Shown here one piece after another: positions 38,795-48,259 of a stretch of 64,000 nt of DNA. Each line of letters begins with the position of its first letter. Position 1 is the first letter of the stretch. Both the position numbers and the translations under genes were made by a program. The notes beneath the pieces are model-generated. The model was not told the DNA's origin. It saw only the letters and a program-made list of their open reading frames with translations, and did not search any database. Source of the stretch: Nannocystales bacterium (GTDB taxonomy: Bacteria > Myxococcota_A > Polyangia > Nannocystales > Nannocystaceae); assembly GCA_050633305.1 (NCBI GenBank), contig JBOEGF010000007.1:96001-160000 (forward strand), in the 5' to 3' direction.

Positions 38795-39787
38795 CTAGAT
38801 CCGGCCGATGAAGTGTGTGCCGGCCTGACCGTCGAGGGCGTCGCGCAGACTCTCAGCATCGGTGATCAGTCCACGCTGCCCACCGCGTCGGAGAAATCCG
38901 TAGATCGCTTCGACCTTGGGGCCCATGGAGCCCGGTGGAAAGTGTCCGGCGTCGATGTGCCGGCGACACTCCGCCATGGTAACGGCACCCAAGACACTCG
39001 CGTTTTCTTCGCCAAAGTTGATGTAGACGCCATCGACAGCGGTGAGGATGACAAGGAGGTCTGCGTCGACTTCGGTCGCCAGGACACCCGAGGTGAGGTC
39101 CTTGTCGATCACAGCCTCGATGCCGCGAAACTCCCCGGTCTCCGCGTTGATGGTGACCGGGACTCCACCACCTCCCGCAGCCACGACGATGTTGCCGGAG
39201 ACCACCGCCTCGCGAATCATCGCGGCCTGCACGATTTTCTGCGGTTTGGGACTGGGCACGACCCGTCGCCAACCACGGTTGAGGTCCTTCGCAATCTCCC
39301 ACCCGGACTCGTCACGTTTCTTTTCGGCGGTTTCTTGGTCCATGAACGGCCCGACCGGCTTGGTCGGATTGCCGAACGCGGGGTCATCCGGAGAGACCAT
39401 GACCTGGGTGACCATGGTGGTGACGAAACGGGCGATGTTCCGTGAGTGCAGCTCCTGCAGCAGCACCCGCTGGAGGTAGTAGCCGAGGCTGCCCTGGGTC
39501 TGCGCGACAAGAACATCGAGCGGAAGGCGGGGGACCTCGGACACGCTCATCTCGGTGCGGGTCATCAGGTCGCCGACCTGGGGACCGTTGCCGTGGGTGA
39601 TCACGATCCGGTAGCCACGCTCGATCAGCACCATCAACGCCTGCGATATCTCGGCGGCGTTGTTGATGTGCTCCTCGTAGGTGCCGCGTTGGCCGGGCTT
39701 GAGGAACGCATGGCCCCCCATCGCGACGACGGCGGTAGGAGGAGGCTGGGTGGCTGTCCGTGGACCGGGCTCGGATCTCGGCATCAT
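38795..39787 (-). CDS. arcC: Carbamate kinase
   Basis: THGNGPQVG, NPTKPVG, WRRVVPSP, GGGGVPV, EAVIDKD, GSMGPK. Confidence 0.95.
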   Translation of the reverse strand: MMPRSEPGPRTATQPPPTAVVAMGGHAFLKPGQRGTYEEHINNAAEISQALMVLIERGYRIVITHGNGPQVGDLMTRTEMSVSEVPRLPLDVLVAQTQGSLGYYLQRVLLQELHSRNIARFVTTMVTQVMVSPDDPAFGNPTKPVGPFMDQETAEKKRDESGWEIAKDLNRGWRRVVPSPKPQKIVQAAMIREAVVSGNIVVAAGGGGVPVTINAETGEFRGIEAVIDKDLTSGVLATEVDADLLVILTAVDGVYINFGEENASVLGAVTMAECRRHIDAGHFPPGSMGPKVEAIYGFLRRGGQRGLITDAESLRDALDGQAGTHFIGRI

Positions 39788-41100
39788 AGTTTCGTTCTCC
39801 TCAGTGGCATGGAGAGGCATCGGCCTCCACCCCTCGCCCGCGACAGCTCGCTTCCGGTGAAGGTGAAAACTGTCGGTTGGCTCTCGAGGTTGGCCATGGC
39901 TTCTGCGACGCGTTCGTTTCTCTCGTTCTCAGGTTCGACGAGGGGGAGGTGGAGTTCGCGGAATCCTCGCTCTTGCAGCGCGGCCACCGTCTTGCGGTTC
40001 CGCGAGTAGAGGATGATGCCGCCGGGACCAAGGGCGATCGCGTTGGCGCCGTCGGTCCACTGCTCTCGCTCTTGGTGCAGAGGGTCGTCGCCGCCGCACG
40101 GGACGAGCTTGGTCTGTCGCCCGAACTCATCGCGGAGCACATCGAACGCGGAGGCTTTGGCCATGATGGCTGCGGGTCCATCCCGGTCGACGCGAACGAC
40201 GGGCAAGCCGGGCTTGCGGGGCGAGCCTGAGATCAGCGGGGCGTGCCCGAGGAAGAGGCTTCGATCGACTTGGGTGAGGATGGTGTCGAGGTGCATGACC
40301 GATCGGGCCGTCGGCATGACGACCGCGTACACCCGCTGCAACTCGGGGTGCGACGGGAACAGCGCCTCGCGGCTGAGGCGCTCGATCGTGGTCGGGAGCG
40401 TTCGCTCGGAACAGCCGATCATCAAGACGTCGCCCTTGAGCACCAGGACATCGCCGCCCTCGATGCAGTCGTAGGCCTCGACGAGCGAGTCGGCGGTCTC
40501 GAACGAAAGCGGCGCTCCAACCTTCGGGGAGTGCTGGAGCGCGAAAGCGACAAGCTCGGGCTCACGAGCACGAGCGGGGGTCGCCATCCGTCCTTGGACC
40601 ACGCGGTCGAACACCGTGATGCACGGGTCGCGCAGGAACATCAGGTTGGGCAGGGGTCGCAGCGCCATCGGGTCGGCCTCACGCAGAAGTGCGGCGACAT
40701 GAGCCAAGCTCGACTGCTGGGCCTCGAGGTCACGCCAGTACACCCCTTCGATGAGCGCTTGGGCGAGCTTGTCGGCGGGCCAGGCGGAAAGCACAGCCGC
40801 CGCACTTGGACAGCCGGCGCTGGCGCAACATCGGGCGACGAGGGCCTCGACGTCCGCGGTTGGTGCGGCAGCTAGACCGGCGATGAGAAGATCCTCGAGT
40901 TCGAGAACCTCGGCTCCCGTCGCGGCGATGATATTCGCCATCACCTCATGCTCGCGCGCCGCCTCGGCTGCCGAGAGGATGTCGTCGAACAACATCCGGT
41001 CGAGGTCGTGCTGGGTCATCCGCACGATCTCGTCTCCGGGTCGGTGCAGAAGGACGGACTCGAGCCGACCCACCTCGCTGTGCACGTCGATCTTCATCAC
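39784..41100 (-). CDS. arcA: Arginine deiminase
   Basis: VHSEVGRL, PNLMFLRD, IEGGD, MHLDT, EQWTDGAN, SELSRARGGGRCLSMP. Confidence 0.93.
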   Translation of the reverse strand: MMKIDVHSEVGRLESVLLHRPGDEIVRMTQHDLDRMLFDDILSAAEAAREHEVMANIIAATGAEVLELEDLLIAGLAAAPTADVEALVARCCASAGCPSAAAVLSAWPADKLAQALIEGVYWRDLEAQQSSLAHVAALLREADPMALRPLPNLMFLRDPCITVFDRVVQGRMATPARAREPELVAFALQHSPKVGAPLSFETADSLVEAYDCIEGGDVLVLKGDVLMIGCSERTLPTTIERLSREALFPSHPELQRVYAVVMPTARSVMHLDTILTQVDRSLFLGHAPLISGSPRKPGLPVVRVDRDGPAAIMAKASAFDVLRDEFGRQTKLVPCGGDDPLHQEREQWTDGANAIALGPGGIILYSRNRKTVAALQERGFRELHLPLVEPENERNERVAEAMANLESQPTVFTFTGSELSRARGGGRCLSMPLRRTKL

Positions 41101-41190
41101 GCCGCTCGATGCTCACACGGGAAGGGGGGCCAGGCCAGCGCGCATCTCGTGTCCTGAGCGGCCAGTCCTCGGCTGGGCCGCTTCCGAGGT

Positions 41191-41943
41191 CTACGAGTTG
41201 TCGCGGTCGAATGTCGTCCATTGGCCCGCGATTCGGCGCTGGTGCGGGAGGAAGCGGGCCTTGTAGGACATCGAGGCGCAGTCGCGAATGTAGAGCCCGA
41301 GATAGACGTGCCGCAGGCCCCATTGGCGGGCGAGCTCCACCTGGGTCAGGATCGAGAACGTGCCCAACCCAAGGTCTGGGAGGTCGGGGTCGAAGTAGCA
41401 ATACACCGCGGAGAGGGCGTCGTCGCTTCGGTCGGTGATCGCCACCCCGACGAGTCGCCCTTGGTGTGTGTACCGAACCTCGAACGTGTCACAGCACGAC
41501 TCTCCCAGAAAAGCTCGATAGCCATCGAGGTCGATCTCCGACTCGCCAACGGCCAAGTCGCGGCCGTGCTTGTGCTGGTTGTACAGCTCGACCTTCTCTT
41601 GCGTGGGTTCGAGGGGGCCGACCGAGGCTTGTACGACACTGCTCGTCTTTCGGAAGGTCTTTCGCTGGGTACGGCCGGGACGGAACGCGTCTACGCGGAT
41701 ACGAATCGGCTCGCATGCTTGGCAGTCCGGGCACGCGGTCCGGTACAGAAGCAGGCCTTGCCGTCGGTCGCCTTCGTTGAGCCGCAGGTCGAACTCGCTG
41801 CGACGAAGAGCCCGGATCGGAAGCCGCAGAGGGAGTCGTGCTGTGGCGTCTTGGAGGTAGGGGCAGGGGGATGTTGCGTCGTGCACCAACAGCTCCGGCG
41901 GAGTGCCGGGCAGGAGGCGGTGTGGAGACGACGGTGCAGACAC
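41191..41943 (-). CDS. Bacterial aminoacyl-tRNA-protein transferase (Bpt/ATE family)
   Basis: PCPYL, YRTACPDCQACEPIR, LSAVYCYFDPD, LGTFSIL, YLGLYI..MSYK. Confidence 0.9.
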   Translation of the reverse strand: MSAPSSPHRLLPGTPPELLVHDATSPCPYLQDATARLPLRLPIRALRRSEFDLRLNEGDRRQGLLLYRTACPDCQACEPIRIRVDAFRPGRTQRKTFRKTSSVVQASVGPLEPTQEKVELYNQHKHGRDLAVGESEIDLDGYRAFLGESCCDTFEVRYTHQGRLVGVAITDRSDDALSAVYCYFDPDLPDLGLGTFSILTQVELARQWGLRHVYLGLYIRDCASMSYKARFLPHQRRIAGQWTTFDRDNS

Positions 41944-42153
41944 CCCATCAAGGATGACGCGGCGAAGCGGAGTCGTCCAACCCCGGGCAGCGCGAACGCG
42001 CAAAATCGGCGCGGACGAACGCGCGCTTTATTGCGTTTGTCATGACCAGCGTCACGTAGCGGTGCGTCAGAGCACGTGCAGGGGGTTGGGGTGCGCGGTA
42101 GGTTTCCGGGCCTTGGGTGCCCGCTGTGGGCGCCGAAACGAGGAAGAATCCGC

Positions 42154-43575
42154 ATGAGCGCCACGACGTCCACGCCGCCCTCTGACAAGCCCCAGAAGAA
42201 AGCCAAGAAGAAAAAAGGAGCCGTCGCTGACCGTCGGTTGCCGCGTCCGCCGAGAGTCCCTGGCGGTCTGCCCCTTCTTGGACACGCCCTCGACATGCGC
42301 CGCAACCCCGTGGACCTGTTCCAACGGGGCCGCGACCTGTTCGGGGATGTCTTCTCGATCGGCCTTCCGGGGACGACCGGCGTCATGATGAGCGGCCCCA
42401 AAGCTCAGCAGAAGTTCTTCCGCATGAAGGACACCGACGTCGACCTGCGGGAGACCTACAAGCTGATGACGCCGATCTTCGGCAAGGGCATCGCCTACGA
42501 CGCGGAGCCTGAGATCATGAAGGAGCAACTGGCGTTCTTTCATGACGCGCTGCGCGAACACCGGCTGAGGAGTTATGCGCAGGGCTTCGTCGAGGAAGCC
42601 GAGGACTTCTTCGGCAAGTGGGGTGACGAGGGGGAGGTCGATCTCTACGAGGTCGGCAACCAGCTGACGATCTACACGTCGAGTCGATCCTTGCTCGGCC
42701 CCAAGTTCCGCGCCGAGCTCTCTGATGAGTTCGCCAAGCTCTACTACGACATGGAAGGCGGTCTGAGCCTGCTGGCTTTCTTCGCGCCCAACATGCCGAT
42801 GGTGCCCTCGTTCAAGAAGCGGGATGAGGCGCGAGCGCGGCTTGGCGAGCTCATCGCCAACATCGTCCGGGAGCGTCGAGCGAAGAACGACAACTCCTCG
42901 GAGGACTTCCTCCAGACACTGATGGATGCCCGCTACAAGGACGGGCGCGAGCTGACCGAGGATGAGATGACCGGTCTGCTGTTGGCCATCATGTTCGCCG
43001 GACACCACACCAGTGGCGTCACCGTGGCGTGGACGGGCATCCTGCTCAACCAGAACCCCGAGTGGATTGGCAAGCTCCGGGCGGAGCAGGACAGCGTCCT
43101 TGGTGGTCGTACCGACCTGACGCTCGACGACCTCAAGTCGATGACCCAACTCGAGTGGTGCATCAAGGAGACGCTCCGAATGTATCCGCCGATCATCGTC
43201 ATGATGCGGCGGGTGCTCAAGGCGTTCGACCACGCCGGGTATCACATCGAGGAGGGGTCGATGATCATGACTTCGCCCGCGATGGCGCATCGCATTCCCG
43301 AGGTGTTCCCCAACCCCAACAAGTTCGACCCCGAGCGCTGGAGTCCGGAGCGGGACGCCGACAAGAAGGACCCGATGTCGTGGATCGCGTTCGGCGGTGG
43401 CCGGCATCGCTGCTTGGGCATCGTGTTCGCCCAACTCCAGCTCCGAGCCGTTTGGAGCCACTTGCTACGGAACTTTGATTTTGAGCTGGTCGAGTCCCGT
43501 TACGAGCCCGACTACTCGCGTCTGCTCGTCGGTCCGCGCCTTCCGTGCCGGGTCCGATACACGCGTCGGAAGTAG
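42154..43575 (+). CDS. cyp51: Cytochrome P450, sterol 14-alpha-demethylase family
   Basis: YKLMTPIFGKGIAYDA, FAGHHTS, ETLR, FDPER, FGGGRHRCLG. Confidence 0.9.
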   Translation: MSATTSTPPSDKPQKKAKKKKGAVADRRLPRPPRVPGGLPLLGHALDMRRNPVDLFQRGRDLFGDVFSIGLPGTTGVMMSGPKAQQKFFRMKDTDVDLRETYKLMTPIFGKGIAYDAEPEIMKEQLAFFHDALREHRLRSYAQGFVEEAEDFFGKWGDEGEVDLYEVGNQLTIYTSSRSLLGPKFRAELSDEFAKLYYDMEGGLSLLAFFAPNMPMVPSFKKRDEARARLGELIANIVRERRAKNDNSSEDFLQTLMDARYKDGRELTEDEMTGLLLAIMFAGHHTSGVTVAWTGILLNQNPEWIGKLRAEQDSVLGGRTDLTLDDLKSMTQLEWCIKETLRMYPPIIVMMRRVLKAFDHAGYHIEEGSMIMTSPAMAHRIPEVFPNPNKFDPERWSPERDADKKDPMSWIAFGGGRHRCLGIVFAQLQLRAVWSHLLRNFDFELVESRYEPDYSRLLVGPRLPCRVRYTRRK

Positions 43576-43587
43576 ACTCCTACAACG

Positions 43588-43628
43588 ACGAAGAAGCCCC
43601 GCAGTTGTGACTGCGGGGCTTTCTTCGT
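43588..43628 (+). terminator. Intrinsic terminator after cyp51
   Basis: acgaagaagccccgcagt-tgtg-actgcggggctttcttcgt. Confidence 0.8.
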
Positions 43629-43652
43629 GGTTGCTGGACCCACAATGGGCCC

Positions 43653-43690
43653 AAAGAAAAAGGCCCGGGCGCTTGCGCGTCCGGGCCTTT
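43653..43690 (-). terminator. Intrinsic terminator of giant lipoprotein A
   Basis: Minus strand aaaggcccggacgc-gcaa-gcgcccgggccttttt. Confidence 0.8.
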
Positions 43691-43726
43691 CGCAGGGGGC
43701 TTCGAGAGCCCTCTGTTCAGGTGGCG

Positions 43727-46700
43727 TCAGCCGCCGGTCGTGCCACCCTCACCGCCGCCGGAGGAGGAGCCTCCCATGCCGTCGGTGTCGTCGCCGCCGC
43801 CGTTCATCTCGTCCAACTCGCAGATGTTGTCGGGGAGGAAGTCACCGTTGCAAGCGGCGCCATCGGTGGGCCACAGGCGGCCGTTGGCGTCGACGTACTC
43901 GGCGTCGGTCGGGTCGAAGGCGAAGGGGCACTTGTCGCATCGGTCGCCGATGCCGTCGTAGTCCTGGTCGACCTGCGGAAGGAAGCAGATGTTCTGCCAC
44001 AAGGCGTCCAGTGGGTTGCTCTGGTCCGCAAAACTGAGATCCGTCAGCGGGTTGCGGAGGTTCTCGAGCGCCGACACGCCGGCGTCTTCCAGGGCGACGT
44101 CGCATCCCGGGGGCGGGACGAGGATGCCGGGTTGGGTTTCAAGCGCGACCGGAAGCGACCGACACTCGAATGCCTCTTCTTGTGCTTCGCTGCAGTTCTC
44201 GCGGGTCCGAATCGGAAGCGCGAGAATCAGGTTCCCGTCCGCATCGCGGGCGTTGGGAAGCTCGGGGTGCGGCGCCGTGAGCGGCTGGCACGTGGAGAGG
44301 TCGGCCGGGTCGGTGCAGGTTCCGGCGATGAGAAGGTCGCCGACCGAGAGCACGTCGCCCGAGGCGGCGGCCGTCGTGACGGCCGTTTCGTCCGCCGCGA
44401 CGAGCTGCGTGGTGCAACAGTTGCCCAGCGCAGCGACCGGGTAGAACCCGAAGGGCCGCGCGTTCTTGCGATCTCCGCAGCCCTTGTCGGCACCGACTTC
44501 GCAAGCCTCGCCGACAAAGTCTCCGTCCGGGTCGTCGTCCTGCGAGCCACCTTCCATGGCCTGGTTCGGGTTCGGCTGGAATGCACAGGTGTCACACGCG
44601 TTGCCGATTCCGTCGTTGTCGCTGTCGAGGTGGTTGCAGAACCCGGTGTTGGAGCAGGGCCGGCCCTCGCCGCACACGGTCTCGGCGTTTTCGTCGGTGC
44701 ATTCGACAGGTTCCCCTGCGAGCGGCTGACGCGGGCAACCGTCGACCAAGTTGCTCAGCCCGTCTTGGTCGAAGTCGTCGTCGTCGCCGAAGCCGATCGG
44801 GCCGGCTGCGAACGCGTTGACCATCTGGCCTTCACACGCATCGCCGATCATCGAGCTGTTGTCGTCTCCCTGACAGAGGTCGTTGTCGTCGTAGGCGATT
44901 GGGCCTGCGACCTCGTACTCGTTGTCCGGACCGAAGTCCTCGCAGTTCGGTGTGACGACGCAGTTGTCACAAACGTCGCCGATTCCGTCTTCGTCGACAT
45001 CGTTTTGGTCCGGCACGTTCCGAACCATCATGTAGTCGGGAACGGACGCGGCGACTGCGTTCGCGTTGTACTGGTTCAGCGTCTGCCGACAGCTGTCGCA
45101 CTCGTTGCCGACGCCGTCGTTGTCGGAGTCGGCGGTGTTGTTGGGGTCGCCGCCGGCTGCTGGACAAAGGTCGATCGCATCACCCACGCCGTCGCCATCG
45201 ATGTCGGCCTGGTCGGGGTTGAACGTCTCGTCCGCGTTGTCGCAGGACAACGGGATACCGTCGTTGTCCTTGTCCTCTTTGCACTTCGGCGTGTCGATCC
45301 GGAAGTCGTAGACATACGAATCGGCGTTCTCAGCGACGAGCGGCATGCCGCAGGCGTCCCAGAACACTGCTTGGTACAGGTCGGGGTCGTTCTGGGTATC
45401 GGCAAGGCTGCCCGCGGTGGGGGCGAGCATCCGGTAGACCTCGTTCACCTCGAGGTACTGGCCGAACTCGACGGGGTCGATTTGGACGCTGACCTCACCA
45501 ATGAACTGGTTCTCGATGTCGATGGTCAAGCACGGAGCAGCGCAAGCGTTGCTCTGCAGAGCGACCTCGAGCTCCGCCTCAGTCTCGTAGCAGGTGGCAC
45601 CACCGGCGACGGGGGACGTGACACAGCAGGCGCCCGGAGGCGGGTTCGCGGAGTCACAGTCGGGGTCAGGCGAGGTGAGCTCGCAGACGCGGTCGTTGCC
45701 CTCGCCCGTACAGGACGTGCGGAACAACTGCAGCTTGGACATGTTCTCCGGGCTGGCGTCATACTTGTTGGAGAAGCGCAGCGAGAAGTCGTCGCAGGCT
45801 CCGATACGGAGGTTGTCCGTGGGGAAACCGGATTCCGGCTGCACGTGGAACTGCGCGGTCTCGAACCTGTAGACCGACTTGCCGACCAGCGTGTTGTCCG
45901 CCTTGTCGATGACGTAGGCGGGGTTGTCGGTGCCGGGCTCGTTGAACGTGACCGTGTACTCCTGACCGGAGCACATGGCGCGGTCGAAGTCCTCGAAGTT
46001 CTCCGGGGTGAAGGTGTCGGCCGAGCGCCATCCGTCGTGGCGGTTGAGCGGAGCCACCAGGCGGTCGGTGTTGTTCTCGGCGCAGTTCTCGATGTCGGCT
46101 CGGGGCACCCCGCCGACGTCGGCAGGCCGCCAGTCGAAGCCTTTGATCGCGGGGTCGTAGACGATGCCACCGACACGCGAGACGAACTTGACCGCGTACT
46201 CCCCGGCGCGGCCGTCGACGAGCTCTCCCTCGGAGTTGTAGCAACCGCTTCGCACTGCGTCCTCGCAAGCGGAGTCAACCGCGTTGACACCGTCTTCGAC
46301 GTCGTCGTTGCTGGGGCAGATGCAGCCACGTGCGGGCGCGGGCAGGTTCTCGTCGCGCTCGTAGAGGGGCTTGGGAACGAGGTTGCCCTGGTAGTACGGG
46401 TCACAGGCGAACCCGTCTTGGCCGGCCTGGCTGGGCCCGTAGATCGACCCCTGGCAAGCTTCCTCGGCCGTCAAGCGCCCGTTTTCGTTCCAATCGGCGA
46501 AGGCGAGTTCCGAGCCCCCGCGGCGCTGGACACAGCCGGCTCCTTCTTCGTCGCAGTCCGTGAGGCCAGCACCGCCGACGCCGCCAGGACCGTATTCGCC
46601 GCTGGTGATTTCGTCGGTCGTGACCAGACATGCGGACGAGCCCAAAGTGCCGAACCGTCGGTCTTGGCAGTATGCCACATCGGCGCCCGTGGTGGTCTCG

Positions 46701-48010
46701 TCGAAGACACAGGTCGCCATCCACTGCGGGCGGCAGACGGCGTTGTCGCAGCTGTCGGCGTCACCTTCTGCGTACGCGTCGGCGAGGCAGGCGGCTCCGG
46801 TCCCAGAGTGGGTTCCGACACACTCGGTGCCGGTCAGGCCGTGGACGTCGCTGCACTGCGAAGTGGCCGTGCACTTGGAGGTGAGGTTCTCCAGGTTTGC
46901 GGGCCGCAGATCTGGGTGTGTCTCGCGGAGTTTGTCGAAGAGCGGGATGCTGTACTCGACGGGGTCTTGGGCCTGGCACTCGGGGGTGGTCGGGTCGCAG
47001 AACTTGTAGCTCCACTTCTGCTCTTCGTCGCTGCGGTCGGTCGAAGCGATGAAGCCGGAGCACGCGGCGTACTTGTCGATCGCCGAGCCAGCGTTCGTCT
47101 CATCGCCGCACTGGATGGCGTCGACGAAGCCGTCGACCCCTGGGTTCGCGTTGCGGGGGACGCCCGCTTCATCGACACCGTAGCGGTCGACCTTGGTCGA
47201 GAGCAGGTAGTCACAGTAGGAGCAACAGGTGTCGGGGCCTTCCTCGGGGGAGGAGCAGCTGTTGCCTGCTGCCGTCCAGATGCCTCGAGCGGCCTTGATC
47301 GTCCCACTCTCGGCCATCTTCATGGGCAAGTTGGTGGCCGGGTTGAAGGCGTTGCACGGGTTCGTGGACGGGTCCTGGTAGGACTCGTGGCTGAAGCTGC
47401 CGCCGTTGGCGTTGACGTTCTCAATGCACGACAGGTTGACCAGTCGGGTGATCGTGTCGGCCTCTTCGCGGCCGCCGCGGACGTAGTCGCCGTTGAACCG
47501 CGTGATCGGACCCTGGACCTGAAGAACGTCGGTCTTCCAGTCGTAGACCTCGAAGAGCTGAGGGTTGTCGGGTCGCTTGCGAACGAGCTCGATGGACGTC
47601 GGGTCGAGCAGGTTGTTGAAGATGAACTCGATGCCGAACGCGGTGACGAGCGGGGAGAGCCGGCAGTACTCCTGTGCGTTGGCGGACTCCTGGGCTTCCT
47701 CGGTCTCCTCGCAGGGGATGATCTCCTCAATGAAGTACGTCCCCGAGCTCAGAGGCGATGGACAAGCGTCGCCCTCGCAGGTCGGGTTGAGGATATGGAC
47801 CTTGTTGGACTGGTAGTTGATGCCCGAGATGGACTCGAGGATCAGGTTGTCCGGGTCGCAGATTCCGCAGTCCGTGTCCTGGATGCAGCCGGTGGAGCCC
47901 AGCGCGAGCGTGGCGAGACCCGCGAGCGCGAGCGAACTCGCAGCTGTGGACGCGAGGCGGCGGAAGCCGGCGAGCTCGCTGCGATTTGGCGAAAGACGAT
48001 GAGTAGTCAT
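43727..48010 (-). CDS. Giant Cys-rich lipoprotein A (1427 aa) with Ig-like and thrombospondin type-3 repeats
   Basis: Lipobox STGC; multiple DxDxDGxGDxCDxC repeats; YTVTFN..IDKADNTL..YRFET Ig-like strands. Confidence 0.85.
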   Translation of the reverse strand: MTTHRLSPNRSELAGFRRLASTAASSLALAGLATLALGSTGCIQDTDCGICDPDNLILESISGINYQSNKVHILNPTCEGDACPSPLSSGTYFIEEIIPCEETEEAQESANAQEYCRLSPLVTAFGIEFIFNNLLDPTSIELVRKRPDNPQLFEVYDWKTDVLQVQGPITRFNGDYVRGGREEADTITRLVNLSCIENVNANGGSFSHESYQDPSTNPCNAFNPATNLPMKMAESGTIKAARGIWTAAGNSCSSPEEGPDTCCSYCDYLLSTKVDRYGVDEAGVPRNANPGVDGFVDAIQCGDETNAGSAIDKYAACSGFIASTDRSDEEQKWSYKFCDPTTPECQAQDPVEYSIPLFDKLRETHPDLRPANLENLTSKCTATSQCSDVHGLTGTECVGTHSGTGAACLADAYAEGDADSCDNAVCRPQWMATCVFDETTTGADVAYCQDRRFGTLGSSACLVTTDEITSGEYGPGGVGGAGLTDCDEEGAGCVQRRGGSELAFADWNENGRLTAEEACQGSIYGPSQAGQDGFACDPYYQGNLVPKPLYERDENLPAPARGCICPSNDDVEDGVNAVDSACEDAVRSGCYNSEGELVDGRAGEYAVKFVSRVGGIVYDPAIKGFDWRPADVGGVPRADIENCAENNTDRLVAPLNRHDGWRSADTFTPENFEDFDRAMCSGQEYTVTFNEPGTDNPAYVIDKADNTLVGKSVYRFETAQFHVQPESGFPTDNLRIGACDDFSLRFSNKYDASPENMSKLQLFRTSCTGEGNDRVCELTSPDPDCDSANPPPGACCVTSPVAGGATCYETEAELEVALQSNACAAPCLTIDIENQFIGEVSVQIDPVEFGQYLEVNEVYRMLAPTAGSLADTQNDPDLYQAVFWDACGMPLVAENADSYVYDFRIDTPKCKEDKDNDGIPLSCDNADETFNPDQADIDGDGVGDAIDLCPAAGGDPNNTADSDNDGVGNECDSCRQTLNQYNANAVAASVPDYMMVRNVPDQNDVDEDGIGDVCDNCVVTPNCEDFGPDNEYEVAGPIAYDDNDLCQGDDNSSMIGDACEGQMVNAFAAGPIGFGDDDDFDQDGLSNLVDGCPRQPLAGEPVECTDENAETVCGEGRPCSNTGFCNHLDSDNDGIGNACDTCAFQPNPNQAMEGGSQDDDPDGDFVGEACEVGADKGCGDRKNARPFGFYPVAALGNCCTTQLVAADETAVTTAAASGDVLSVGDLLIAGTCTDPADLSTCQPLTAPHPELPNARDADGNLILALPIRTRENCSEAQEEAFECRSLPVALETQPGILVPPPGCDVALEDAGVSALENLRNPLTDLSFADQSNPLDALWQNICFLPQVDQDYDGIGDRCDKCPFAFDPTDAEYVDANGRLWPTDGAACNGDFLPDNICELDEMNGGGDDTDGMGGSSSGGGEGGTTGG

Positions 48011-48259
48011 GAACCGTGTGCCCGTGTGTGCTTTTGGCCGTTACCCGATAGCCTAGGCGGGCCGTACCCTACATAGAACCCGCCGCTTTCGGAAGACCTT
48101 TTGGTCCCATAGGTAGGACACCCAGATTCGGCGCCTAGGGCGGCGAGACGGGTCTGCAGGGGGCTTTGTGGTTCATCGACCGGTCGCCGGGGAACCCCAT
48201 CGGGGGCCCGGACGCGTGAAGCGACCGGGCCCGGGCGTGAGGAAGCCCTGGAGGCGAGA

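Noticed and set aside
41191..41943. Functional link between the 'arginyl' transferase and arcAC
   Set aside because: Bacterial Bpt enzymes generally transfer Leu in the N-degron pathway; adjacency alone is weak evidence
43397..48076. 1559-aa plus-strand ORF
   Set aside because: Antisense shadow of giant lipoprotein A caused by GC3 bias; V/G/R-rich with no motifs
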